Shown here piece after piece: positions 26,287-38,177 of a stretch of 64,000 nt of DNA. The position numbers and the translations under genes were made by a program. Under the pieces are notes generated by a model. It did not search any database, had not been told where the DNA came from, and worked only from the letters and a program-made list of their open reading frames with translations. The number at the start of each line of letters is the position of its first letter. Within the stretch, counting starts at the first letter, position 1. Source of the DNA: Chrysomallon squamiferum (Eukaryota > Animalia > Mollusca); contig CM022672.1 in the NCBI GenBank assembly GCA_012295275.1, forward strand, positions 24,428,001 through 24,492,000, written 5' to 3'.

Positions 26287-29030
26287 ATGAAGATGTTACT
26301 GGTGTTGATTGCCTTACTTGTGTGTTCGGGAATTGCTGAAGAATTTGGTAACGGTTGCTTTTGGCTAAATATCATTTCATCGCTTTCTTTTATTCTTTAA
26401 CATTGATATAATAATATTTTAAAAAAACTAACTATATAGAGACAATATTTTTTTGTGCACATTATACACAGCTATAAAACAAAATACTCCCCCACCGCAA
26501 AACACTATGTAGGGCTATACGTTTAAACAGAATTTAAAACATTCATAAAATGTAGTTAAATTAAGCAACATTTATTTTCGTTAATTACAATTAATGTCGC
26601 ATTAAGCATAGTGATACGGGATTCCTTAACTATCAACTTAATGACAATAATTTGTATAGTAGATGAATGTGTCTGTTATAATGATCACTGCAAATTTTAG
26701 AATACAGATTTTTTATGTATGTGGCATAAAATTCATATAATGTGAGAATGTGGTCACTTGTACAATAATCCTTCCTAAATCCTACTTAAACTTCAAAACA
26801 GACTATAATATGGTTTCAGAAACAACTTTAATCTATTATTTAACACAGTAGTAAAAAGCTTTCCAAGATAATTAAGAAATGTAATACATACATACATACA
26901 TTCATATACGTATTTGCGTCACACATACATATACATGTAGCACCAACATTTTATGTTACCTTTCTATGTGTAGAATCTGAAAAGAGAATATTCATTCCTA
27001 AATAAAAACCTGTGACGGGTTTCAAATAAAAATAAATACAGGCAAAAATGACGAAAGACAAAAAAGAACGGCATGCTTCGTGGGAAGCGATGATTACACT
27101 CGATTATAGAGCAAGGTAGTTTAAGACTGTCTTGGTGGCCGAATGGTATCTTTGTCCGCCTGTGTAGTTGCCATACGTTTTAGGATACTTTTAAATATGT
27201 TTTTAGAAATGTTTTGTATTATTTTAAAAGTATTTTTGTATATATAGTTTTAAAATATTTTATGTATGTGCATAAATGGCAAAATAATAAATATGTAGGC
27301 AAAACTACTCAGTACACGCTAATTAGCTTTAAAACTAAAAGGACACTGTACATTCAATCAACTCCAATCGCTAGAGATAAAATTAAAAAATAATATTAAA
27401 AAATAATAATAACAAAATACTGCTAATCCGTAGGTTGTTTTAATTCTTGAATATGTAAATACATAATTATACATATATATTTACATAAACACACACAAAC
27501 ACATGCATATATACATACATACATATATATATATATAAAATTCATACACAAACGTGTGTATGTGTGGACAGGCGATAGCAAACGATTTTTTTCAGTTATT
27601 GCCTCAATTAAGCTGACATAAAATATTCAATGTAATCTTTGCCGAGGGGTGGACAATCAATTAACACATTACATATAGTAGCTTCTACAGTTTGCTGATT
27701 TGATTATAATATGACCCAGTTTGATTAATGTAATCCAGCTTATTCCTGTTTCATGTATCATGTTTTATTTTTATACTTTTACCTGTTACCTTCTATGATT
27801 AGTTCTTACCAAAGGCTCATTATAGCTATGGTAGCTAAAATGATTGATTGAGGAAGGTTAATTGCAGTAACCTGAAGCCATGTCTCGCAATATAATCTGC
27901 TGAAATTCACTAAACAGATGACATGAGTCACACAGCTTCCCAATCCGGGAAGGTTAAAAGTTATAAATTGAAATTCAGTGACGACAACCAAATACAGGTT
28001 TTTCTGAGACAATTCCAATAAATATTATGAATCGCCCATGCACTCAACCAGGCCATATTCATAGGTAGTTGTGAATCGTGTTTAACTATAGCACATATTA
28101 CCAGACACTCGTTTTAATATGTTTAATAATTTACGTTTGTTTTCTACATTTTCAGATCTTTTGCTCGTGTACTTTTTTAAATTCATATACAGTAAAGAGG
28201 TTATTCTTCTTATTATTATTATATTGACATTAACTGCTTAATGTTTATTCTGACAATCTGTATCAAATTTGCACAAACGCTGTGTATTTGTGTAACATTA
28301 TAATGTATATCTTAGTTTATGTGTATTGGGTATTGTGTGAGACTGTTATTTATTTTATACCGATTTTATTATTATTTTATTTTCATTCTAAGGCTGTGTA
28401 CAGTATCCTGCAACTCCACATTCCAGTCATAACAAATGGAATGTCTTTGTTGTTTATCCTCGAAAGTATGCGGATAAAGTAATAGTCGACATCAACATTG
28501 TCAGACGGAATTTCTACCGCTGTGAGGTGATTAAAGACGGGATTCAGACGTTATTTTATGGAACCAACGGGACACATTACTGGGTGGAAAAGGGATGTGG
28601 TGGAGACTTTTTGATAACTGAATGTCCAGCTCCTGGCGAAAATCCAGTCAGGTACTAGTTTTCAAAAATAAATAAATCAATGGACTCTTTTGGGAATTGA
28701 AAGGTTTCTTGATTTTATTTTTATTATTATTTTTTTTTTTTTTTTTCGACATTTTTTTTTTTTTTTTTTTCATTTGGTTTCAATTATTATTTAACTTATT
28801 TTTATAAACTGTTAGGTAATTTTTACATGATGCAAGATTGTTAGACATGATATTTGATATAATTTATTATTAAAAATTTATACTATTTCAGTGCGACTGG
28901 TGCGACTCCCTTCAGCAACCCTGAAAGTTCGGGTGATATTATGGGACTCTCTGATTTGTTTCAACATGTGACCGCTGCTTTTCAGAAACTAAAAAGTCAA
29001 TGGCAACAAATGTCTTCTTCTGAAATATAA
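26287..29030 (+). CDS. Gene C: small secreted DUF3011/ADEL-type lectin-like protein, 152 aa, 3 coding exons
   Basis: Exons 26287-26347 (signal peptide MKMLLVLIALLVCSGIAEEF), 28393-28651 (GCVQYPATPHSSHNKWNVFVVYPRKYADKVIVDINIVRRNFYRCEVIKDGIQTLFYGTNGTHYWVEKGCGGDFLITECP) and 28892-29030 (S/T/G linker, helix, TAA). Phases 1 and 2 are consistent, 459 nt in total; AATAAA at ~29043; probable 5'UTR exon ending 25741 (ag|gtacgt). The YG....WV..GC.G.F motif matches DUF3011. Confidence 0.8.
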
Positions 29031-29264
29031 TGACATTAAATAAATAAAATAAAATATTGGATACATGACCTTATGGTTTTTCTCATGTTTTATGTATGTT
29101 TGTCAAGTATATAGATATACTGGATTCGAAAACTTGTTTCTCTATATTTAATTTCTTCGTATATTACATACATTCTAGAAGGACGATCACACTTTTTTAT
29201 AAACAAAGGTGAATATGTATATTTCTGAACATCTAATACATTAAATTACAGAATCATAAATAGT

Positions 29265-29938
29265 TTGAGTGCCCCAACCCACAATTTTTTGCTTTGAGTT
29301 CCGAGCCAAAATTCGAGTTATGAGCGAGTTTCAGACACACCGCCGCTAGTTGGCGCAACGAACAACACAACATCCGGCTAGCATCCCACGTCGTACTCAT
29401 TTACTTCACGTGGTCACCTCGCCCCAGAAGCATCTATTGTGTTTTGTGCAGTAGTTTGCCAAATTTCTTTTTTCTGCCCATGAATCCTAAGAACGTGCAA
29501 AAGGACAGTGCTGAGAAGAAGCGGATGATGTATATTGAATTAAAGCTTGAATTCATAGAAAAACATGAGCGAGATGTGTATGTAGTCGACTTGGCGAAGC
29601 AGTACGAGCGTAGTATTTCTACGGTATGTACCATACTGAAGCTGAAGGAGTCGATAAAGACTGTACCTCCAGCCAAAGGCGTTAAAATAATTCGTCTAAA
29701 TACACTTTACAAAACCAATTTATTTTGTTTTTATACAATATTTGTCATTGATAAATCCATTTTTCTTATTTAAAAACAAGTTTCAAAAAAAAAAAAAAAA
29801 AAAAAAAAGAATAAAACAGATGGTTTGTTGGGGCTGGAACGGATTAATGGTATTTCAATTAATTTCAGTTGGGAAAATTGATTTGATATACGAGCTCAGT
29901 CAAGGAACGAATTAAACTCGTATGTCAAGGTACCACTA
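29265..29938 (+). mobile_element. Tigger/pogo-family non-autonomous element (copy 2)
   Basis: Same family as 17821-18530: MNPKNVQKDSAEKKRMM..KLEFIEKHERDV.VVDLAKQYERSISTVCTILKLKE; right TIR caaggtaccact; left TIR eroded. Confidence 0.85.
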
Positions 29939-32900
29939 TTCAGTTCTGCACCTCCATGTAATGCAAGCCATGATCCATGAAATTATTTATCTTGATTAAA
30001 TTAATTAAATAACATTTTATGTATTAATGCATGCAAACACAATTTATTATCTTTCTACAAATACATTTCACGAGCCATCTGACAGGATCTTTCCAAAGGA
30101 TGATTTTGTTTATTTATTTATTTATTATTGATTTTTTTAAAAATCTTACAAATATCACAATTAAATTAATATAGACTGAATCAAGCCACACCTCAGTTGC
30201 AATGAATAAACAATTACAGATCTTCAGTCCAGAAGGTTGTGTTAACTTAAGATTAGGACTACATCCTCTCCGTCTACTCAGTGCTAATTTAAAAAAAAAA
30301 AAAAAATTAATGCCAGGTTCTTGTTATAGTTAGTATTAGTTCTGTATGTAATTAGATCAATTTGAATTTATTCTGGTTTTAATTTTTATCTTCCGTTTTC
30401 CTTCATTTCATCGTACATTTATTATTTTGTGTGTTTTCTGTTTCTCTTTGGTTTATTACTCTATACAATCATGAAATAATTTTATAATAAATAAATAAAA
30501 ATTCTACATTTGAAATATTCTGTAAATATGCTAAAGAAATATTTACTATTATATTTGGTAGTATAAAAATAAAATTAATATTACTTAAACCAGGAAATTT
30601 GATACCTTGTGAAGTGAACACTTAAGCAGTTCAAACAAATGCAAATTACTGAAATTTCATCAACATTTCAAGGTACAGATAATCAAGAAGAAAAGACAAA
30701 TATGTTTTGGCATTCTTGCCCTGTGAATTGGGAGACACCTACTACTGTGTGGTGAAAGGTCCACCCTTATAAACTTTCAAAGAAAATGGCAAAATTGTCT
30801 GGCTTAAAGTTTAACTGAATCACTTAAAAATTAATTTGGTTATAACATCAGTGCCATAAAGTAGTTTTGAAAATACAGTTTATTCATGGTTTTGCTTAAC
30901 AAAGTACAGTATTGTATCAGAGTTTACTATTACATGTATAAATATGTATTTATAATTAATAGGTGCAAGTGCTAAAAAGGTGAATAATTTTATCGATGAA
31001 TTGAGGGTAAAAGGTGAAAAACTTTGGTGATTTACACACCTTTTCTTCTACAAACATCAAATTTTATGCCCTTATTTTAATTATTATTTTGTTTATTCTT
31101 GTTGTTTTTTTATTACATTTTTATAATTTATATGAAAAGGGTTTCAGATCTGAATAATTTTATCAATGAATTGAGCGTACATCTGCTAGAAACACAAAAA
31201 AAAGATCTTCAGCATTGTTCTTCATCTTTAGCCAAAAATACAACTGCCTTCGTCTCATCACTGACCATGTTGTAAAAATCTGTAGAGTTCTTTAGATATC
31301 GATAAGTAAATGACTAAGTAGCCTGGAAGTGATGTTCTTATATATGTATCATGATCTTATAGTATTACTTTACCTGCCTGCTATAAATTGACATTTCCTT
31401 GTTCTCCCTTTAAGTTGTAGATCATGCGCCAAAGTAGTTTCACGACACGTAAATCACATGCCAAAGTAGATTCATGACACACAGATCACACGTCAAAGTG
31501 GCACTGAAATAAGTTTCACTCACTTCTTGCTGCTGAAACAAGTGTGATATTAACAACGATAGTCTTACACACTTATCTTTTATTTTGTTTAGGAATAATC
31601 AAAGTATGCTTAAAATTTTAAAAATATTTTATGAAGTTTAGCTTTTGAACTTGAGGGGAGTTTCCAGCAATCTCACCATGGGTAGGTCATGAAGTTAGTT
31701 TCAATTGAAACTTCAATGTCAGTCTGTATCTCCTAATTCTTGTTTTGCTTTCACTGTTTCAGTGTTAATTAATGAAACACAATATTTTATTTTAATTCAA
31801 ACAATCCAAGTTGCAAAAAGCAAGTCCAGAAATATACTTGGACCTATTATTTAGTCCATCAACAAAATGCAGAATTGTCAGCAATTTCAAATTTGAAAGT
31901 AAACTGAAAAGTACATGATCAAAATACAATTAACAAATCACAAGTGCTTACTACATATCTGATTAGATAAGCACATAGTTTTATGATCTGAAATAGTTAT
32001 GTTTGTTCAAAATAGCCAGGCTTCTAGTTTAGTAGTACAGTTCATGCTACTTTATTATAGTTCAATTGCCAGCTCACTGATATCTGAAATTTAAGTTAAT
32101 TATAGACAAGTTTGTCTTTATTCATTCAAAGTTTGAACCAAGTCAATATGATGGTTTTTAAGTTATGGCCATTTATGTGTTTTTTTACTGTATGGTGATA
32201 ATCTGTTTATGTCCACACAAGTCATTTTGGACTTTTTTTCATGTTTGGAAGATTTTATCATCAAGCAAAATACAATGGTTATTGTCAAAACATTTACAAG
32301 TGCTCAAATGAATGTTGACTGCTATGATTGATTAAAAAGATGAAACTGTTTCATCAGACAAGCTAAAATACAACGATTACTGTCAAAATTTTTACAAGTG
32401 CTCTCTTACATTCAGGAAATAGAACAAGGTATTGCCAAAAATTGTTTTTGCCACATCTGACATTTTAAGTATTAAATTTTTCCCATTTTTATGAGTGGAC
32501 ACTTTTGTTTTTGATACTGCATACTCAACCTTGAAACCTTTTTTTTTGTTGTTCTGTTTTTGTATTTAAAAGTTATTTAACTAACAGAAAATGAAAATTA
32601 ATATAAAATTATGGCTCTCGCTACCTACGCCTGTCTACATTAATCAACAGCAAACAAAACACTTTCGTTGAAAAAAAACAAAAAAACCCAAACCATCATA
32701 TTTTGTTTCATATGCCTTGATGATCACACTAAAATCTTGACAAAAGCATAAAAACCAACACATCATACATAACAAAATTCTTGTAAAACTGTTTGAGTGT
32801 TTGTGTAAAACACATTCGCCGAATGATTAAGTCCAATTTAAGGCGTTTCAGAATAAGTATTCTTGTTTATTAACGAAATATCAGTACATTTCAAGATTTA

Positions 32901-33142
32901 CGATGCGTCCCAGATATTGTGAAGCGTACCTTTATTTGAAAATATTACATAATTCAGTTGTTTTTAATTTAAATGCAACATAAAATAACCTATTTGTGCC
33001 TCATAGTGATAGTAAGGGACATAACTGTTGCCGGAAGCAAATTAGAGGATAACACGTCTCGATTTACTGGCATGCTAATTTGTAGCTGTGGTTGACATAT
33101 GGAGAAAACGGAGCTTTGTTTTGTTTAAGTTACGGCAACAAC

Positions 33143-33499
33143 ATGAGTGCAACGTTTATAATATTGGGTATACTTACATATTTTCAGTTACAGTGAATTT
33201 GAAGTTAACAATACTGTACTGTAGTGTACATTGTTCTGTAATTTAATTGAAAAAAAAAGACAACTGTTCTAACTTTATTGACTGTCCTTTTAATATTTTC
33301 ACCCACTTTTCTTATTCAGCATCATAATGTGCAAATTATAATTAATGGTATGCATTAAGTTTATACCGTTTGATTTTTATGTTAGTTTGTGACATATGGA
33401 ATTTGGATTGTCTTTAACTACTGATCTGTTTGATATCTTATACATGTAGTGTGCCCATAAAACGTAATTTTTACAATATGAAATACTATCATTAGCATA

Positions 33500-33535
<36 letters not shown>

Positions 33536-36125
33536 TAATAATAATAATAATAAATATTGGATGAACAAAAACAATTTCGAAATTATTCAGTGACCAAAAT
33601 ACTATGAATATTACTGATAAATAAAATTAATAAATACAAAGTTTAAAAAAACATCGTGATAGGAAATTTTAACAAAAACTAAGGTTAGAAAAGACACAGA
33701 TTATTACTTTACAGCAAATAAGAACAAACATATACATATCCAGAGTTAATAACGTGTAAACATTTTATTGTTCATTAATGTTTTGAGCTATTTTTAATGT
33801 AGTTGACTGTGAGCTTTTAAAAAAAATTATTATTATAATTTTATATTTTGTCATAATTTAAAAAATATTTCAGTGGTATACACATTTTGTAGGTAATGGC
33901 AAAGAAACTGCACACTGATTAACAGGAGAAAACTTATGATCTTTCAAACATAAAATACAAATTTCCACCCCCTATTCCTATGTTCCCCATTTATTTTATT
34001 AATTATTTATTTTTATCATGCATTTGTTTTTATTTCTTTATAGGTTCATCTATGCTTGCTCTTCTTTTGGCTGGATACTTTGCACAGCAGTACCTACCAC
34101 CTCCAAAACCAAAAATTATAGGAATTGATCTAGGTTTATATATATTAAGATTTTATATCATTTGATTTATGATCAATATATACAATAACTGAAAAATTCT
34201 AAAATAAATAAAAGGTCAGAATGTATTGTGAATGTCAGCACCGTAATAAGTTTATTTGTAAGTTATATATATGTTATAAGGAATATGTATCCAGAGATTA
34301 TGTTTAATCTCTGAAATTTTCAGGTATTATGTGTAATGTCTGATTCACTTAGGAATTATGTGTAATCTCTGAAAATTTCAGGTTTTATACACAATACCTG
34401 AAATATAATTAGATATTTTATACATATTCCCTGAAATTGTTTCATCTGTTATTATATCTTTGTAATTAAGGTTTTCCATCTTCCTGGTAATATATAAAAT
34501 AATACAATTTTTCTTTAAATTAATAGTATTTAATTAAATAAAAAAAAAATAAAGCTGATCCTTCTAATGATTATTCATTAGGCAATTGCATACAAATAAT
34601 ATGAACCAGCAAAAAATATTAATATTTCTTTATTTCATTTATTTATTTAAAAAAATTTTTTTTATTTTTTATTTATTCATTTGATATAGTTTTAATTTTG
34701 TGTGGGATTGGATTGTCATTTTTATTAAATTTTATTAATCTTCTATTAATTGTAGTATTTTCTAAAGTTACAGTTCTTTTGCATTACAAAAAGTTTTTAT
34801 GTTAATGTAAAACAACAAGCAACACACATTATTATTCTTCTTTTTTAGTTTAGAAAATTTAATCTCAAACTTTGGTACACATTACTCAACACGTTTTCTT
34901 AAGCCCCTAGATTTTAAGCTAAATTATAATCTTGATTAATGTGCATACAGTATATATATAAAGTTACGATGTTTCAAGTGAATTACTGTTAAATTTCATA
35001 TTTATGAATTGTTTTGTAGGAACAACATTTTCCTGTGTTGGAATGTATCATGCTGTATCTGGAACTGTCGATGTTTTGGAGGTTCAGGATGGACACAGAT
35101 GTATTCCAAGCATGGTGGCATTTAGGTGAGATATTCATTTAAGCAATGATGTATCCTTAGGATTTGTCTTTATTTTAAAACTTTATAATTTATTGTAGAA
35201 ATAAAAATGAATAAATGATAATGATAAATGGTTATTATGTAAAACAAGGAAAAGACTTCATCTGTTGATATCAAATACAGATATCTCCTTAATACCATAT
35301 GAAATACATCTGTTGTATGTAAATCTGTATCTTTCTTGAGAAGAAAAAATTCATTGTTTATTCATAACTTCCAGATTTCACTTTATAACATTTTTCTTAT
35401 CTCTGCAAAAGAAACATTAGCTTTAGCACCTTAGAAAAGAAAAATATTTTTGTAGTGGTGATGATATTCTTGTTGGATACAAAGCCATGGCTCAAAGTGA
35501 ACACAATCCACAAAATACCTTGTATGATTCAAAGAGATTCATTGGCAAGGTTTTTTCCAAAGATGATCTGAAGATGGCGCAAAAACAATATTCATTTAAG
35601 GTATGGTCAAACAACGCAATTACTAATAAATAAAATATCAAATAAATTTGCTAAGCTTTGTTCCTATATTTTGTTTAATTTAATATGCAAAAAATTATAA
35701 TAAAAATATTGCCCTAGCAACAACATGTTTGCCTTTAAATGATAATAAATACATTTTTGTTTTGCTATGTACCAGTGGGATAAGACTGATACAAAAAAAT
35801 GAAATGCTAAATATCTGTTATTTTCACTTCAGCTTGAAACAGACGAGTATGGTATGATACGGTATGTAGTGAAAGTTAATGGTACTGACAAGAAAGTTCG
35901 ACCCGAAGAGGTTGGTGCAATAATTATTGACAGTTTAAGAAAGGCAGCAGAACATAATCTTAGCAATTCAGTCACCAAAGTAATAATGTCTGTGCCAGCT
36001 GAGTTTGATGATTTGCAGAGAAACTACACCAAAAAGGCTGCATCAATAGCAGGTTGTTTTTTGTTAAGTACCTCTTACAATGAATAATATGATGCCATGA
36101 GTTACTATATTTTTTTTTTTTTTCC

Positions 36126-36167
<42 letters not shown>

Positions 36168-37820
36168 AGAAAGATTTCTGAATAAATTTTATTTATGATA
36201 TATAGCTTCACTTCCTTTTATACAGTGCCTAATAAAATAATTGCTTAATTGGTTTCAAGAGCTATCTGTGCCTTTGTCATTATAATCAAAAAGCAAGAGA
36301 TAAGATTTAGTAACTGTTGATGTAGACCAAAGATAATTGTCAGACTATGTTCTTTTCCCATATAATACTATCACTACTTGAATAATCTACAGACATGAAT
36401 ATGATTTCCAGTAGAATAATTTATTGAAATAGCATGTAATTGAGTTGAAAATGTCACATAGAAAATGTATCCAGTTAGATTATTTCCTGCTTTTAAATGG
36501 AAAAATGTTTTTTTATTGCATATTATAAATTTGTATAATGTAGTCTATGATATTGTTATTATTTTTATTTTATTTTTATTATTATTATTATTATTACCAT
36601 CATCATGAATTAAAATAAAAATGAGATAAAAGTACCTTTAAGTTTTGAATACTATATTTTAGGTCTTGACTGCTATCGTTTGATAAATGAACCGACAGCT
36701 GCAGCACTTGCTTATGGTCTTCACAAAAAACAAACATTACAGACTGTGCTGGTTGTAGATCTGGGAGGAGGAACTCTGGATGTATCAATGCTTCGTTCAC
36801 AAGGTGGCATGTTTCTCACTCAGGCAATGGCAGGTAATCATTGACTGCAGTTTTCTAGTTGTTTAACTGGCATAATTATAGTTTACAAACTGAGAGCTAA
36901 ACATTTTGATTTTTTTTTTTTATTATCATTATTATTTTTTTTTTTCCATGTAAGATGGAATTTGTTATGGTAACACTATTAATGCAGCAAGAATTATATT
37001 ATACTTAATATTATTTGAGAACTGAATACAGTTTAACACTATAAATGATTTATAAATGATACCGAAGTATCAAAGGATTTACTTTAAAAATCCATGCATC
37101 ACATGATAAAAAATAATCGTTATAGTTGGTGCACCTTAATTTTGTTAATGTAAAAAGAGTACCTCGACTGAAAAGTATTTTTACAAAGTAATAAATAACC
37201 AAAAATTATTATTTACCATTAGAATTTTTACTAAATTCCTGTTTCTTTGGTTTTCTTTAGTTCTGATTTTTATTCATGTAGGAAACAACCATCTTGGTGG
37301 CCAAGACTTTAATCAAAGATTACTTGATTTCTTGTTGACACTAATTGAAAAGAAGTTTGGCAAACATTTGACAGACAAAGAGGATATACAGTCATTACGA
37401 TTAAGTGTTGAAGAAGCCAAAATTGAGCTAGCAGAAAAAGACTTTGCTGAAGTCAATATGAATTTACATTCATTTGGGAACAAACATTTAAATGAGGTTG
37501 TTACTAGGAATTTGTTTGAAGAATTAAATTCAGATTTATTTAAAAAGATATTGGAACCTATTAAAAAAGTATTAGAAGCTTCACATATTGATAAAGATGA
37601 CGTTAGTGAAATTGTTTTAGTTGGTGGCTCAACTCGAATCCCAAAAGTGAGAAATTTGATCCACCACTTCTTTGGCAAGAAACCCAACACTTCTGTAGAT
37701 CCTGAATTGGCTGTTGTTACTGGAGTGTCTATACAGGCTGGGATTATTGGTGGTATGTGGCCTCTGACAGTTAGTGCTGTGGAGTTGCCAACCCGTGTAA
37801 CCAAAATACATGTACATTAA
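33143..37820 (+). CDS. HSPA13: Heat shock 70 kDa protein 13 (STCH, microsomal stress 70 ATPase core), 431 aa, 7 coding exons
   Basis: Exons 33143-33167, 34044-34133, 35020-35125, 35456-35600, 35833-36052, 36663-36833, 37282-37820 (1296 nt, phases consistent). Diagnostic N-terminus [70 protein letters not shown] and C-terminus [14 protein letters not shown]; no substrate-binding domain. Confidence 0.95.
33497..33556. repeat. (AAT)n microsatellite in HSPA13 intron 1
   Basis: Direct inspection. Confidence 0.9.
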
Positions 37821-38109
37821 CAGATTTCCACATCTTTAAAGCTCTTCTGACAAATTTGGATTATAGATTATTTTTGTCCTTCTGATCATGGACACTTTGA
37901 AAGTATGAATTTGAAATGCATTTAGGAAATAAACTGATTTTATTTTTAATTTTTGGGTTGGGTGATAATGGTTAGTCATTCATAATTCAGTATTTTAAAC
38001 CAGGTATTAATTTCAACTCTTCTATAAAATCATAGGCTTCAGGAAAACTTTACAGCTAAAAAAGATGCATTTGTTTGTTTACACAGTATAAATAATTTTT
38101 TAACAAAAA

Positions 38110-38135
38110 ATGTATGTATGTATGTATGTATGTAT

Positions 38136-38172
<37 letters not shown>
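38110..38172. repeat. Compound (TATG)n(CA)n microsatellite downstream of the HSPA13 stop
   Basis: Direct inspection. Confidence 0.9.

Positions 38173-38177
<5 letters not shown>

Noticed and set aside
26974-27115. Possible extra exons in gene C intron 1 (acceptors ending 26973 and 27041, donor 27116)
   Set aside because: Both hit in-frame stops in phase 1; exon 1 joins exon 28393 cleanly without them.
27129-27172. tRNA gene (A-box-like tggccgaatgg)
   Set aside because: No B-box or cloverleaf; at most a SINE head fragment.
31419-31500. CRISPR-like array
   Set aside because: Contiguous 32-bp tandem units without unique spacers, no cas genes, eukaryotic context.
37313-37804. 163-aa minus-strand ORF
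   Set aside because: It is the antisense shadow of the last HSPA13 exon; long antisense ORFs are a known artefact of Hsp70 genes.
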